Source of the DNA: an uncultured Clostridia bacterium
Lineage (GTDB): Bacteria; Bacillota; Clostridia; TANB77; CAG-508
Direction: 5' to 3'
NCBI GenBank assembly: GCA_944391855.1
Contig: CALXVB010000003.1
Coordinates: 1-64,000 of the forward strand
Length of the DNA stretch: 64,000 nucleotides
The translations under genes were made by a program, and so were the position numbers. Positions 38,905-51,796 of the stretch are shown here, piece by piece; within the stretch, counting starts at the first letter, position 1, and every line of letters begins with the position of its first letter. The notes beneath the pieces are model-generated. The model was given only the letters and a program-made list of their open reading frames with translations, was not told the origin of the DNA and made no database searches.

Positions 38905-39504
38905 TCTGTATTCTTCCTTTCTTTTAATATTTATTTTCTTATTTTATCCACTTCTAAAATAATATACATAAAATTTTATCACAAATTTTCAAAAAAGTAT
39001 AGACAAAATTTAAAAAATGTTGTATTATTGGTAGAAATTGGAAGGCGGTGTTTGAATTTACTATTCTAGATTTATTTTTCATATTTTTTATTATCCATCT
39101 TTTTATCAGTCTTTATTCAATTTATTTATTTTTCAATAATAAATTATTTCATAATTTACAAGGCGCAAAATTAAATTTAAAATCTAAACATTTTTCTAAT
39201 AAAAACTAAAAGAGGTGAATACTTTATTAGACGTTTACTATTTATTCTTATTTTTTCTTTTTTCTACTGCTATTTAGGCTATAAACTTTTTTCTGATATT
39301 ATTTATTCTAATTCAGTAATAATCCCCTATGGAATACACCCATTTGATATTTGTATTAAAAATCCTGATTTATGGAAATATATTAAAATTACTTTTGTTT
39401 TTACCTATATCTTTTCTTCCTTTATCATTTCTAATTCTTTTTATTTAATCCTGTCTTCTTTAAGTAAAAGAATAAAAGATAAAATTAGTAATTTTCCTGT
39501 AAAA

Positions 39505-41085
<1,581 letters not shown>

Positions 41086-41102
41086 TTACAAGGAGGTTTT
41101 CT

Positions 41103-41450
41103 ATGAAAAAATCTAAAAATAAATTTATTTTATTCTATTTTATGTTTCTATTATTCATATTTTTAATGTTATTCAATAATATATGTAAATCTGCTCTTTT
41201 TGATAGCCCTCCCGCGTTAGTAGATAAATTGACTAATGCATTTGAAAGCATTAAAAGTTGGCTTATTACTCTTGCTACTCCTGCTGCTGCAGTTGCTGTA
41301 GGTGTTGGAGTTTTTATGAAAAAGTTTAGTTTTGGCGATGAAGAAAGAATTAGAGTTGCCAAAAAGTTAATTAGAGGTTCTTTATTTTCTTATGCTTTTA
41401 TTCTTGCAATTAATTTAATTTTATCTGCAATTAAATCTTTAATAGAATAA
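41103..41450 (+). CDS. VirB2/TrbC-pilin-like small membrane protein
   Basis: 115 aa. Signal-peptide-like N-terminus, then two hydrophobic helices (LITLATPAAAVAVGVGVFM / GSLFSYAFILAINLILSAI) separated by a basic loop. SD AAGGAGG upstream. Confidence 0.45.
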   Translation: MKKSKNKFILFYFMFLLFIFLMLFNNICKSALFDSPPALVDKLTNAFESIKSWLITLATPAAAVAVGVGVFMKKFSFGDEERIRVAKKLIRGSLFSYAFILAINLILSAIKSLIE

Positions 41451-41465
41451 TTATGGAGGTGTACT

Positions 41466-42362
41466 TTGGAAGAAAGTGTTTCAAGTGCTGAACTTACTAA
41501 TATTTCGCAAGTTATTATAGATACTATAAATAATTTATTAAATTCCCTATTTTCTTCTATTGATAATAGTGTTTATGATACTCTAGATGAATTAACTTTT
41601 ATAGGTACAGATATTTTAAATGATTCTTTATTTTCTAAAATATTTGGACATGGTTCAAATAACGGTTTACTAATAATTGCAAATTCTCTGCTTGTTGCAG
41701 TTTGTTTATACTATTGTTTTAAATTAATTTATTCACATTTTACGGGTATTTCTATTGAGAAACCATATCAGTTTGTTTTTAAATTATTAATATTTGCAAT
41801 GTTTATTAATTGTTCTTATTTTATATGTGAATTTTTTATATATTTTACTGATTTAATTTCTTCGTTAATTCGTCAAATTGGTGCTTCTATTTTAAATACA
41901 GAAATTTCTTTTTCTGCATTAGTAGAAAACTTAAATTCAGTTATTACAATTGATTCTACTAATATTAATGTGTTTTCTTTTGATGGAATTTTAAGAAGTA
42001 TTATATCTTTTAGTTTTGTAAGTTTATTATTTACCTATTCTTTAAGATATATAATGATAAAAGTTCTAATATTATTAATGCCTTTTGCTTTTCTCACACT
42101 AATAAACGCTTCAAGCGCATGGTTTTTCAAGGCTTGGCTTAAAATCTTTTTATCTCTTCTTTTTATTCAGCCATTTATTTCACTTATTCTTTTAATATCT
42201 TCTTCCTTAGATTTTTCTTCTTCTGATATTATCTCTAAATTACTATGTATTGGTTCATTATATGCTCTGATAAGAGCTAATTCATATACTCAACATTTTA
42301 TAGGTGGAATTTCCACAGATGTTTCACAAAGTTTTAAATTAATGAAAGGACAAGTTAAATAA
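41466..42362 (+). CDS. VirB6/TrbL-like polytopic membrane protein
   Basis: 298 aa with about 6 TM helices. TTG start 6 nt after GGAGG. Called from position and topology only, with no diagnostic motif. Confidence 0.45.
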   Translation: MEESVSSAELTNISQVIIDTINNLLNSLFSSIDNSVYDTLDELTFIGTDILNDSLFSKIFGHGSNNGLLIIANSLLVAVCLYYCFKLIYSHFTGISIEKPYQFVFKLLIFAMFINCSYFICEFFIYFTDLISSLIRQIGASILNTEISFSALVENLNSVITIDSTNINVFSFDGILRSIISFSFVSLLFTYSLRYIMIKVLILLMPFAFLTLINASSAWFFKAWLKIFLSLLFIQPFISLILLISSSLDFSSSDIISKLLCIGSLYALIRANSYTQHFIGGISTDVSQSFKLMKGQVK

Positions 42363-42364
42363 TT

Positions 42365-42649
42365 ATGAAATTTATTTTTCCACAAAATTATAATTTTGAT
42401 AGTAAATTACTCGGTTTTATTGACTATACTACTGTTATTTTAAATATTTTATGGGGATTATTTATATTTTTAATATCTTATTTTATTATTCCAAATATTA
42501 CTTTTAAAATAAGTTTTTTCATTGTTTTCTTTTTTCCTTTTTTCTTGTTTAGTATTATCGGATTTAATCATGAAAAAATGTTATATATTATTAAATATTT
42601 ATTTAAATACATTTTTTCTCCTAAAATATATTTATATAAAAAATATTAA
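42365..42649 (+). CDS. PrgI/TcpE (VirB3-like) two-TM protein
   Basis: 94 aa. The hairpin of two TM helices and the tail ...FSPKIYLYKKY resemble PrgI/TcpE-family proteins that normally precede virB4. Coupled to the preceding ORF (2-nt gap). Confidence 0.45.
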   Translation: MKFIFPQNYNFDSKLLGFIDYTTVILNILWGLFIFLISYFIIPNITFKISFFIVFFFPFFLFSIIGFNHEKMLYIIKYLFKYIFSPKIYLYKKY

Positions 42650-42786
42650 ATCTTAATAAAACCCATTTTTCACTGTTTTTCTACTTTATACTACTATTTT
42701 CTATAGTATTTTACAATTTTTCTAATTGTATTTTTAAATATAAAATGATATAATTTTATTCATACTTTTAATAGGAGGAATTACTT

Positions 42787-43755
42787 ATGAAATTAGAAAG
42801 TTCAGACTTATCTTCATTATTTTCAAACACATTAATACCAGATATATTCTTTTCAGAATATTTGTCTGAAGCCAGTGGTGACTTCATAAAAGTATATTTA
42901 TATATGTTGTTTTTATCAAAATATGATAAAGATATAAAGATAAATGATTTATCTAAGAAACTAGTATTACCTGTGAAAACTATTCAAGATGCAGTTAAAT
43001 ACTGGGAAGATAAATGTTTAATTACTAAAAAGAATACAGGATATGTTGTCAATAGTATTCAAGAAATAGAACTACATAAATTATATAAACCTAAAACAGC
43101 TTTATCTGCAGAACAATTACAAAAATCTGCTGAAAATCAAAAAAGAGCTAAAGCAATTGACTTTATCAATAATAAATATTTTTCAGGACTTATGCCTACT
43201 ACTTGGTACCCTGAAATTGAACTATGGTTTAAGAAATATGGTTTTGATGAAGAAGTTATGATAGCTTTGTTCGGATATTGTTTTGATATGTCAGCTCTTC
43301 ATAAAAATTATGTTCAGGCAGTAGCAGAAGCTTGGAATAAGAATAATATTAAAAACTTTAACGATTTAGATTTATATTATGAAAAACAAGAAAAACTTAA
43401 GGTTATTGCCAAAACAATATCAAAGAAGCTAGGACTATCTCGTAGTCTTACTCAATATGAATACGCATATATAGAAAAATGGGTTATAGATTATGGTTAT
43501 TCTTTAGATATTATAGAAATAGCTCTAAAGAAAACTACTTCTAAAGCAAATCCAAACTTTGACTATCTAGATAAATTATTAAGTGATTGGCACGATAGAG
43601 GGTTTAAAACTGCTAATGATATTCAAACTTTCTTATCAGATATGAAAGAAAAGAACAAAAATGTTAAACAATTAGAAAAAACTACAGGATATAATAAGTA
43701 TGAACAAAGAACTTATGATAATTTAGATAATTTATATGCAAACTTTAAAAAATAA
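42787..43755 (+). CDS. DnaD-domain replication initiation protein (two DnaD/DnaB_2-like repeats)
   Basis: wHTH-like N-terminus, then WYPEIELWFKKYGFDEEVMIALFGYCF...AVAEAWNKNNI and EKWVIDYGYSLDIIEIALKKT...YLDKLLSDWHDRGFKT. Confidence 0.8.
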   Translation: MKLESSDLSSLFSNTLIPDIFFSEYLSEASGDFIKVYLYMLFLSKYDKDIKINDLSKKLVLPVKTIQDAVKYWEDKCLITKKNTGYVVNSIQEIELHKLYKPKTALSAEQLQKSAENQKRAKAIDFINNKYFSGLMPTTWYPEIELWFKKYGFDEEVMIALFGYCFDMSALHKNYVQAVAEAWNKNNIKNFNDLDLYYEKQEKLKVIAKTISKKLGLSRSLTQYEYAYIEKWVIDYGYSLDIIEIALKKTTSKANPNFDYLDKLLSDWHDRGFKTANDIQTFLSDMKEKNKNVKQLEKTTGYNKYEQRTYDNLDNLYANFKK

Positions 43756-43775
43756 CTTAATTTGGAGGTGCATTA

Positions 43776-44771
43776 GTGGACATAGTTTTAAAAAACATAT
43801 TGGCACAATATGATAAAAAAAGAATTCAGGAAGAATATGCTGCACAAAATAGAAAAACCGAGTTATACAAAAAATATCCTAAACTTCAAAGTATAGATGA
43901 TAAATTAAGTTCTCTTGCAATATCTACTACTAAATCTTTAATTTCAAATAATGATAAAAATTTATTACAAGAACTTAATAATAATATAAATAAATTAAAA
44001 GAGGAAAAAAATAAAATATTAGAAAAACTTAATATTTCTGAAGATTATTTTAAGCCACATTATGAGTGTTCTCTTTGTAAAGATACTGGCTATATAACAA
44101 ACAGTGATTATTCTGTCTCTATGTGTAACTGCTTGAAACAGAAATTATATAATGAACAATATAATAAAGCTAATATTTCTAATTTAGATACACAGAATTT
44201 TGATAATTTTTCTGATTTACTATATTCTGATAAACCAGATGAAGCCAGATATAATACTAAATTGTCTCCTAGAGAAAATATTAATCAAATTAAAGATATT
44301 TGTTTTAAATTTATAGAGAACTTTGATGATAAGAATCAAAAGAATTTATTGTTTACAGGAAATACTGGACTTGGAAAAACTTTTTTATCTAGCGCTATAG
44401 CAAATGAATTATTGAAAAAGGGCAAAAATGTTCTTTATCAAACTGCTTCAGTTATGCTAGATTCAATTATAGATTATAGGTTTGGAAAAACAAATGATTC
44501 AAATATATTAAAGTCTATACTTAATGTTGATTTGTTAATAATAGATGATTTAGGAACAGAGAATCCTAATAATCTTAAATCTTCGGAACTTTTTAATATA
44601 ATTAATACTAGACTATTAAATCAAAATAAAATTACTAAAACAATAATTTCTACTAATTTAAATTTACGTAATCTATATTCTAATTATGATGAACGAATTG
44701 TTTCAAGATTTATTGGAAATTATGATATTTGCTATTTCTTTGGAGAAGATATTAGGTTTAGAAATATATAA
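43776..44771 (+). CDS. Replicative helicase loader (DnaI/DnaC-like, IstB-type AAA+)
   Basis: Zn motif CSLCKDTGY...CNC. Walker A FTGNTGLGKTF. Walker B LLIIDDLGTE. GTG start after GGAGGTG. Confidence 0.85.
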   Translation: MDIVLKNILAQYDKKRIQEEYAAQNRKTELYKKYPKLQSIDDKLSSLAISTTKSLISNNDKNLLQELNNNINKLKEEKNKILEKLNISEDYFKPHYECSLCKDTGYITNSDYSVSMCNCLKQKLYNEQYNKANISNLDTQNFDNFSDLLYSDKPDEARYNTKLSPRENINQIKDICFKFIENFDDKNQKNLLFTGNTGLGKTFLSSAIANELLKKGKNVLYQTASVMLDSIIDYRFGKTNDSNILKSILNVDLLIIDDLGTENPNNLKSSELFNIINTRLLNQNKITKTIISTNLNLRNLYSNYDERIVSRFIGNYDICYFFGEDIRFRNI

Positions 44772-44783
44772 ATAAAATTAAAA

Positions 44784-44834
44784 AAGACTATTTACTTCTA
44801 TTTTTAAATTTTAAAGTAAATAGTCTTTGTTTTA
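44784..44834. terminator. Bidirectional terminator between the helicase loader and the gyrA operon
   Basis: AAGACTATTTACT / AGTAAATAGTCTT 13-bp stem (44784-44796 / 44815-44827). Confidence 0.65.
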
Positions 44835-45074
44835 TCTTTCTTGCTCTTGCTTTTTCTTTTTATTTGCCTCTAACATTTTATTTAATTTATCAAGAGTTAT
44901 TTGTTTATAATTTTCTACTCTATATGCCTCTGGTAAATCCTCCCAAAAGTCCTCTATCATTTCTCTTCTTTTTGCATTTATATCTTTTATTTCTGTTCCT
45001 TCTGATAAAACTTTTATTCTAGGATATAGACTTAATTCAATCAAAATATTTAAATAATGTAAGTTCTGATCCAT
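44832..45074 (-). CDS. Hypothetical 80-aa protein co-transcribed with gyrA
   Basis: Starts 11 nt after the gyrA stop with SD AGGAAGTGG. Helical with a Lys-rich tail. No recognisable motif. Confidence 0.4.
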   Translation of the reverse strand: MDQNLHYLNILIELSLYPRIKVLSEGTEIKDINAKRREMIEDFWEDLPEAYRVENYKQITLDKLNKMLEANKKKKQEQER

Positions 45075-45085
45075 ATTACCACTTC

Positions 45086-47524
45086 CTATTCTTGTTCTTT
45101 TTCTTCCATAGAAATTGTTTCTATACTAACTACTTTTCCTTCATTTGTCCTCATTAAGGTTACACCTTGAGTAGAACGTCCTAATACACTTATGTCTGAA
45201 ACTTTAAGTCTAATTATTGTGCCTGTATCAGTAATTAGCATTACGTCTTCATCATCTGTAGCAATTCTTATTCCAACTAAATTTCCTGTTTTAGATGTTA
45301 CTTTATATGTTATTACACCTTTTCCTCCTCTTGTTTGAACTCTATATTCATCAAGTTCTGTTCTTTTTCCGAATCCATTTTCTGTTATTGCAAGAAGAGT
45401 TGCCTTACTTCCTTGTATTATTGATTCCATTCCTATAACATAGTCTCCGTCGTCTAATCTAATGCCAATAACTCCTTGAGATACTCTTCCCATAGGTCTT
45501 ACATCTTTTTCGTCAAATGTTATACACATTCCTTTATGTGTTACAAGTACTACATTGTCTTCTCCATCAGTGAGTCTTACGTCTATAAGTTCATCTTCAT
45601 CTTTTAAGGTTATTCCTATTAATCCAGTCTTTCTTACAGACATATATTCATTAAGAGAAGTCTTTTTAATTATTCCGTTTTTTGTAGCCATTAACAAATA
45701 TTTTCCTTCTGCAAAGGTTGCAATAGGTATAACTGCAGAAATCTTCTCTCCACCGTCTAACATTAAAAGGTTTACTATTGCAGTACCTTTAGCAGTTCTT
45801 CCTGCTTCTGGTATTTCATATCCTCTTAATCTATATACTTTACCTTTATTACTAAAGAATAATATTGTATCATGTGTAGAACATGTAAATATTTCTTTTA
45901 CGAAATCTTCTTCTCTAGTAGCAATTCCTGTTATTCCTTTTCCTCCTCTTTTTTGGCTTTTATATGTGTCTATTGGCATTCTCTTTACATAGCCAAAGTG
46001 AGTTAGTGCAACAACGCATTGTTCCTCTTTTATTAAATCTTCTACGTCGAATTCTCCTTCTGCTGCAACTATTTTTGTTTTTCTTTCATCTCCATATTTG
46101 TCTTTTATTTCTAATAATTCTTCTTTTATAATGTCATATACAAGCTTATCACTTGCAAGTATTGCTCTTAAATGCTCAATTAATTTCATTAATTCTGCAT
46201 ATTCTTCTTCTATTTTTTCACGTTGCAAACCTGATAATGTTTTTAATCTCATATCTAGGATAGCTTGTGCTTGTATATCAGAAAGTCCAAATCTTTCCAT
46301 TAATCTTTCTTTTGCATCGTCATAAGAATTTCTAATTATTTCAATTACTTCATCTATGTTATCTAATGCAATTTTTAATCCTTCTAATATATGAGCTCTT
46401 GCTAATGCTTTATCTAAATCAAATTGTGTTCTACGAAGAATTACTGTTTTTCTATGGTCTATATAATATTCTAAACATTGTCTCAATGTTAGTATTTTTG
46501 GTTCTCCATTAACTAATGCTAACATTATAACTCCAAAAGTATCTTGCATTTGTGTATATTTGAATAATTGATTTAATATTACTTGAGCATTTACATCTCT
46601 TTTTAGCTCTACAACTATTCTTACTTTTTCTTCTCTATCTGATTCATCTCTTACTTCTGAAATTCCTTCTATTCTTTTTTCTTTTACTAAGTTTGCAATA
46701 TTTTCAATTAATTTTGCTTTATTTACTTGATATGGCAAAGATCTAACAATTATTCTTTGTTTGTTTCCACTCATTTCTTCTATTTCCGCCTCTGCTCTCA
46801 TTGTTATTTTACCTTTACCTGTTGTATATGCTTCTTTTATTCCATCTCTTCCTAAAATTAAACCTTCTGTAGGAAAATCTGGTCCTTTTATAATGCTCAT
46901 TAATTGTTCATCTGTAACATTGTCATCATCAATTATCTTAACTATTCCATTTATAACCTCTGTTAAGTTATGTGGTGGAATGTTTGTTGCCATACCTACG
47001 GCAATTCCTGAAGAACCATTTATTAAAAGTGTAGGTATTTTAGCTGGTAAAACAGTTGGCTCTTGTAATCTATCATCATAGTTTGGCATAAAATCAACTG
47101 TATTTTTCTCTATATCTGTAAGCATTGTTTCTGCTATTTTTGACATTCTTGCTTCTGTATACCTCATAGCTGCTGGTGCATCACCATCAACAGAACCAAA
47201 GTTTCCATGTCCATCAATTAGTGGATATCTCATAGAGAAGTCTTGTGCCATTCTTACCATTGCATCATAAACCGATGCATCCCCATGTGGATGGTATCTT
47301 CCTAAAACTGAACCTACTGTATTAGCACTTTTTCTGTAAGGTTTATCAGAAGTTATTCCATCTTCATACATGGCATATAGGATTCTTCTATGTACTGGTT
47401 TTAAACCATCTCTTACATCTGGAAGTGCACGAGAAACAATAACGCTCATAGCATAATCGATATATGATGTTTTCATTTCTGTTTCAATATTTCTTTCGAT
47501 AATTTTTCCTTCATTTTCTTCCAT
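45086..47524 (-). CDS. gyrA: DNA gyrase subunit A
   Basis: 812 aa. [25 protein letters not shown], active-site [10 protein letters not shown], and a C-terminal beta-pinwheel. Confidence 0.97.
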   Translation of the reverse strand: MEENEGKIIERNIETEMKTSYIDYAMSVIVSRALPDVRDGLKPVHRRILYAMYEDGITSDKPYRKSANTVGSVLGRYHPHGDASVYDAMVRMAQDFSMRYPLIDGHGNFGSVDGDAPAAMRYTEARMSKIAETMLTDIEKNTVDFMPNYDDRLQEPTVLPAKIPTLLINGSSGIAVGMATNIPPHNLTEVINGIVKIIDDDNVTDEQLMSIIKGPDFPTEGLILGRDGIKEAYTTGKGKITMRAEAEIEEMSGNKQRIIVRSLPYQVNKAKLIENIANLVKEKRIEGISEVRDESDREEKVRIVVELKRDVNAQVILNQLFKYTQMQDTFGVIMLALVNGEPKILTLRQCLEYYIDHRKTVILRRTQFDLDKALARAHILEGLKIALDNIDEVIEIIRNSYDDAKERLMERFGLSDIQAQAILDMRLKTLSGLQREKIEEEYAELMKLIEHLRAILASDKLVYDIIKEELLEIKDKYGDERKTKIVAAEGEFDVEDLIKEEQCVVALTHFGYVKRMPIDTYKSQKRGGKGITGIATREEDFVKEIFTCSTHDTILFFSNKGKVYRLRGYEIPEAGRTAKGTAIVNLLMLDGGEKISAVIPIATFAEGKYLLMATKNGIIKKTSLNEYMSVRKTGLIGITLKDEDELIDVRLTDGEDNVVLVTHKGMCITFDEKDVRPMGRVSQGVIGIRLDDGDYVIGMESIIQGSKATLLAITENGFGKRTELDEYRVQTRGGKGVITYKVTSKTGNLVGIRIATDDEDVMLITDTGTIIRLKVSDISVLGRSTQGVTLMRTNEGKVVSIETISMEEKEQE

Positions 47525-47569
47525 TTTATTTTTTCCGTCCTTTCCAAAATGTTCAATAACTACTCTTGT

Positions 47570-47599
47570 ATTATACTATAAATACAGCAAAATTTGCAA
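47570..47599 (-). promoter_or_regulatory. Candidate stand-alone gyrA promoter
   Basis: Minus-strand TTGCAA (47599-47594), 18 nt, TATAAT (47575-47570). Confidence 0.4.
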
Positions 47600-47640
47600 G
47601 TGAAAAAGGCTAATTCTTTTTGAAAAAATAGCCTTTTTTG
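47600..47640 (-). terminator. Terminator of the inserted T4SS-like block II operon
   Basis: AAAAGGCTA / TAGCCTTTT stem (47604-47612 / 47629-47637) with T-runs on both strands. Confidence 0.6.
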
Positions 47641-47715
47641 ATAAAAAATTCTTAATATTTTTTTATTATTTTTTATTTTAAATTTTTAATATTTTTTATT
47701 TAATAAATTCTATAT

Positions 47716-48435
47716 TTATGTTAATAAATTAGCTAACTCTCTTTGTTCATCTGTTAAATTAAAATCATGATTATTATTTTTAATTAAACTATGTAGATTT
47801 TCTATAATGCGAGCTTCTTTTATTGTATTTTCTAAAGGCATTAATTCTTCTAATTTTTCTTGTATTTTTTCATATTCTCTCTCCATACCATCAAAATCTT
47901 TATTTTCAAAATATTCTTTCCAATTGCTTTCATATTTTGCTAGTTTTTCTACTCCATCTATTTGCTCTGTAAATTCATTTTCTATCCTATCACTTACACT
48001 ATTTAATATTGCATCTTTACCACTACTAATTATGTTTGCAATATTACCACTTATTAGTCCTGAAGAACTTGTCTTGTCTAATACTTTATCTAATACATTT
48101 GAAATTCCATCTATTATTCCTCCATTTTTTACAGCATCTCTCGCTTGAGAAATACTATCAAAGTCTCCTGTAAATATTCCAATAACGCTTTTTCCTAAAT
48201 TAATTGCACTATTTATTGCTGTGTCTATTCCTTCTTTAAATCCACCTTGAAAAAAAGCATCTTTTATTTCTACTATCCCCTCTTCTATAAAATCAGGTAA
48301 AACCATTCTAAGTCCTATATCTAAAGCAGAATTAACAGCTTTTCCTATATTAGATTGTAAAAAATTATTTTGTTCTTGTGCAAGATTCTCTTCATTTAAA
48401 TTATTATTTAAATCAACATTATTTTCTAATTCCAT
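47716..48435 (-). CDS. Hypothetical soluble helical protein (last gene of block II)
   Basis: 239 aa. No TM helix or signal peptide. Gly/Ile/Ser-rich middle (GIIDGISNVLDKVLDKTSSSGLISGNIANIISSGKDAI). SD AAGGAGA upstream. Confidence 0.45.
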   Translation of the reverse strand: MELENNVDLNNNLNEENLAQEQNNFLQSNIGKAVNSALDIGLRMVLPDFIEEGIVEIKDAFFQGGFKEGIDTAINSAINLGKSVIGIFTGDFDSISQARDAVKNGGIIDGISNVLDKVLDKTSSSGLISGNIANIISSGKDAILNSVSDRIENEFTEQIDGVEKLAKYESNWKEYFENKDFDGMEREYEKIQEKLEELMPLENTIKEARIIENLHSLIKNNNHDFNLTDEQRELANLLT

Positions 48436-48459
48436 AATTTTTCTCCTTATTTTTTATTT

Positions 48460-49782
48460 TTAAATATTATTTAATTTATTATTAATATCTATATATTCTT
48501 TCTTTAATTTTTCATCTAATAAATTATATTTATTATTTTTATTGATTAATTTATTATATATTTTTCTATAATTTAATTTTCCTATTACATTAAATTCACT
48601 AAATATATTTTTTAATAAATTAAAATTAATTGATTCAGAATTATATTTATTAAATATTATTTTTATTTTATTAATTTTAATATTTAATTTATTTATATAT
48701 ATATCTAATAATTTTATTGATTTATTTATTTCCAATAAATTGGTATCTGAAATAAATAGACAAAAATCACATATCTCTATTATATTTTTTATATAATTTG
48801 TTTTTTTATTATAATTAGTATCAATTATTATAAGCTCATACATTTCTTTTAAAAAATTTATATTTTCAATTATTTTATTTAAAAATATATTTTCATTATT
48901 TTCTTCTATCTTTTCTCTTATTTTTTCTTTTTTTAAAATTAATAAATCTATTTTTTTATTAATTTTAATTATATTAAAATATTCAAAAATATTATTAAAA
49001 TTATTTTTTGAATATTTATTATTTATTTCATAATTTATTTTTTCTATATAAGTATTTGCATTTTTTGATATGTTTTTAAGACCTAAAATTGTGTTAATAG
49101 AATTATTAAAAAAATCTGAACCAATAATTAAAATCTTATTATTTTTATAAGCATTAATTTTAGCTAAATTTATAGATATAATTGTTTTTCCAACTCCTGG
49201 AGGTCCTGTTATAGAAAATGTTTTATTTTTTATTTTATTTTGAAATGATTTTTTTGAATTTAATTTAATTTTTTTTGAATTTAATATTTTAATTAAATGA
49301 TTATCTATTATATTTTTTGCTGTTTTTTTTATTAATAATATTTTTTTATTTTTATTTTTTTCGTTTTTTTCTTGTTTAATTTTATTAACTATATTTTTAT
49401 TTTCATAATTATTATCTATATTATTATCTATTATTTCTATTATTTTTTGTGTATTAATTTTGTCATTTTTATCTAAATAAATAATTTTATATATATTTTT
49501 ATAATTTAAATATTTTTCTATTTCTTTTTCATTATTTTCTATAATAATTATTATTTTAATACTTTTATTAATTATATAAATTTGTTTTATTAAATCTTCT
49601 ATTTTTATTTCACCTTGTAATATATTATTTATTATTATATAATCAACTTCATTTTTTTCTTCTAGAATTTCAATTATTCCTTCTTTATATTGAATATCAT
49701 TTAAAATAATATTTATATTCTTTTCTTTTTTTAATTCATTATTTATAGATTCATTTCCAATGGCAGTTATTATTTTTTTCAT
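48460..49782 (-). CDS. Receiver-like N-domain fused to a ParA/MinD/CpaE(TadZ)-like ATPase
   Basis: 440 aa. N-terminus MKKIITAIGNESINNELKK...DYIIINNILQGEIKIEDLI (pseudo-receiver layout). P-loop FSITGPPGVGKTIISINLA. Walker B-like YELIIIDTN. Extremely Asn/Ile/Lys-rich. Confidence 0.55.
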   Translation of the reverse strand: MKKIITAIGNESINNELKKEKNINIILNDIQYKEGIIEILEEKNEVDYIIINNILQGEIKIEDLIKQIYIINKSIKIIIIIENNEKEIEKYLNYKNIYKIIYLDKNDKINTQKIIEIIDNNIDNNYENKNIVNKIKQEKNEKNKNKKILLIKKTAKNIIDNHLIKILNSKKIKLNSKKSFQNKIKNKTFSITGPPGVGKTIISINLAKINAYKNNKILIIGSDFFNNSINTILGLKNISKNANTYIEKINYEINNKYSKNNFNNIFEYFNIIKINKKIDLLILKKEKIREKIEENNENIFLNKIIENINFLKEMYELIIIDTNYNKKTNYIKNIIEICDFCLFISDTNLLEINKSIKLLDIYINKLNIKINKIKIIFNKYNSESINFNLLKNIFSEFNVIGKLNYRKIYNKLINKNNKYNLLDEKLKKEYIDINNKLNNI

Positions 49783-49800
49783 ATTTATTCCTTTTTAGTT

Positions 49801-51654
49801 TTAATTAAATTTAATTTTGTTTTCTATAATTTCTTTTTCAAAATCTGCTGCATATATTTTATTTAATATATGCTCATCTCCTATGAATGTTAAGCACTCT
49901 CCTCTTTTCAAAGATTTTATTTCTATTTTTTCTTTTTCAGATAAATTAGTAAACTTTTCTAATATTTTTATATTTTCTTCTTCTAAAGAAAAAAATGTTT
50001 TTATACTAGAATTATTTAAAATACTTTTTCCATATACTCCATCTTCTAAGCTGAAAATATCTGATATGTCCTGAGTAACCGCAACTCCACTCCCTCCATA
50101 CTTTCTAATAGTTTTAAATATTTTATATATAAAACTGGCAACGTCTTTATTAGAAGTAACACCTATTAGTCTCCATATTTCATCTAAATATATTGCTTTT
50201 TTTATTTTTCTATCTTTTTTTATTTTATCCCAAAATAATTCAGTAAATAAATACATTCCATATTTTAAATTTTCTTCTCCTAATTCATATACGTCTGCTA
50301 CAATTAATTTATTATTTAATTCTACATTTGTATAATTATTAAAAAAGTTTAAAGAACCTTTTATAAATGGAATTAATTTTGTTTTAAATATTTTTGTTTT
50401 TTCGTCTTTATCTAATATATTATAAAAGTCTTGTAAAATTGGCATGTCTTTACTTTCTTTAAACATTATATTGTTTATTTCATTTTCCAAATCATTTTCT
50501 TTATATTTATATAAACTTTTATCATCAAAAGTAATACCTTTTGTAGAATATAATTCTATTAATTTTTCTTCTAAAATTGCTTTTTCCTCTTCATTTATTT
50601 TTCCAAATATAAGATTAAAAAAACCTATTAATTTACTAATTTTATTTGCTAAATATCCTTGTTCATCATCTTCAATACTTTCTTTTCTTATATCAAACAC
50701 ATTTATGTATGTATCTGAGCCTGGTCCTATTTTTAAAAGAGTTCCATTTAAATTTTCACACAAATTATTGTATTCTCTTTCAGGATCTATTATGTATTGC
50801 TCTATTCCTAGTATTCTATATCTCAAAATTAATAATTTTGTATAAAAAGATTTCCCAGCACCAGAAGTTCCAAAAATGCACATATTCGCATTTTTATATT
50901 TTTGTGTATTGTATCTATCCACAAATATCAAAGAATTATTATATATATTTATTCCAATAAATATTCCTGTATCATCAAAAATGGCAGAAGATATAAATGG
51001 GTATGTACATACAAGACCACTAGTTAATACATTTCGCTTTGAAACTTCTTTTAGTAATTTATTATTTTCCATTAAAGGTAAACATGCTCTATATGCTTGT
51101 TCTTGCCTAAAATACGCTCTTCTTGTATGCAATCCTTTACTTTCTATTATTCCTTCTATTTTATTTAAAATATTTTCTATTTCATTTAAATCTTGAGAAT
51201 ATATACATACATAAATATATAAATAATATAAATCTTCGTTATTTATTTGTAATTCTTTTCTAATGTATTTTGCATCATTATATGTAAAAGCTGCTATATC
51301 TATGTCTTGCCTATTCTGATTATTTCCTTTCAAATCCGCACCAACATTACCTATATGATATGTAAGTTCTCTTATTGCTTTATAACTATCTTGTTTTTCA
51401 TAAAAAATTGAAATATTTATATCTATATTTGTATCTATTAATGTTTTTAAAAGTAATTCATTTTGTTCTCTAAAATAATTTACTATTAATATTGATGAAA
51501 AATAATTATTATCTATTTCAATATATTTTGGATTAGATAAATCAATACATGATGGTGCTAAAAAATCATTATCTGAAAATGTCCCTTCTAAAAAATTTAA
51601 TTTTTCTTTTTTATTTTTTTCTATTTTTCTTTTCAATTTAAAAATATTTTTCAT
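49801..51654 (-). CDS. VirB4/TrsE-type type IV secretion ATPase
   Basis: 617 aa. Walker A CIFGTSGAGKSFYTK, then IIDPEREY, Walker B AIYLDEIWRL, then GVAVTQDISD. The N-terminal YIEIDNNYFSSILIVNYF segment is typical of VirB4 N-domains. Confidence 0.75.
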   Translation of the reverse strand: MKNIFKLKRKIEKNKKEKLNFLEGTFSDNDFLAPSCIDLSNPKYIEIDNNYFSSILIVNYFREQNELLLKTLIDTNIDINISIFYEKQDSYKAIRELTYHIGNVGADLKGNNQNRQDIDIAAFTYNDAKYIRKELQINNEDLYYLYIYVCIYSQDLNEIENILNKIEGIIESKGLHTRRAYFRQEQAYRACLPLMENNKLLKEVSKRNVLTSGLVCTYPFISSAIFDDTGIFIGINIYNNSLIFVDRYNTQKYKNANMCIFGTSGAGKSFYTKLLILRYRILGIEQYIIDPEREYNNLCENLNGTLLKIGPGSDTYINVFDIRKESIEDDEQGYLANKISKLIGFFNLIFGKINEEEKAILEEKLIELYSTKGITFDDKSLYKYKENDLENEINNIMFKESKDMPILQDFYNILDKDEKTKIFKTKLIPFIKGSLNFFNNYTNVELNNKLIVADVYELGEENLKYGMYLFTELFWDKIKKDRKIKKAIYLDEIWRLIGVTSNKDVASFIYKIFKTIRKYGGSGVAVTQDISDIFSLEDGVYGKSILNNSSIKTFFSLEEENIKILEKFTNLSEKEKIEIKSLKRGECLTFIGDEHILNKIYAADFEKEIIENKIKFN

Positions 51655-51796
51655 TTTATTTTTCCTCTCTAAAGTTAAAGAATTATTTTTTATTTGTTTT
51701 TATAATTAATTTAAATAATTATTTTATTTTTGATTTTTATCCTTAATTTTTATTTGTTTTTATTGTTGATTTTCTCGTTTAAGTAATAATTAATTA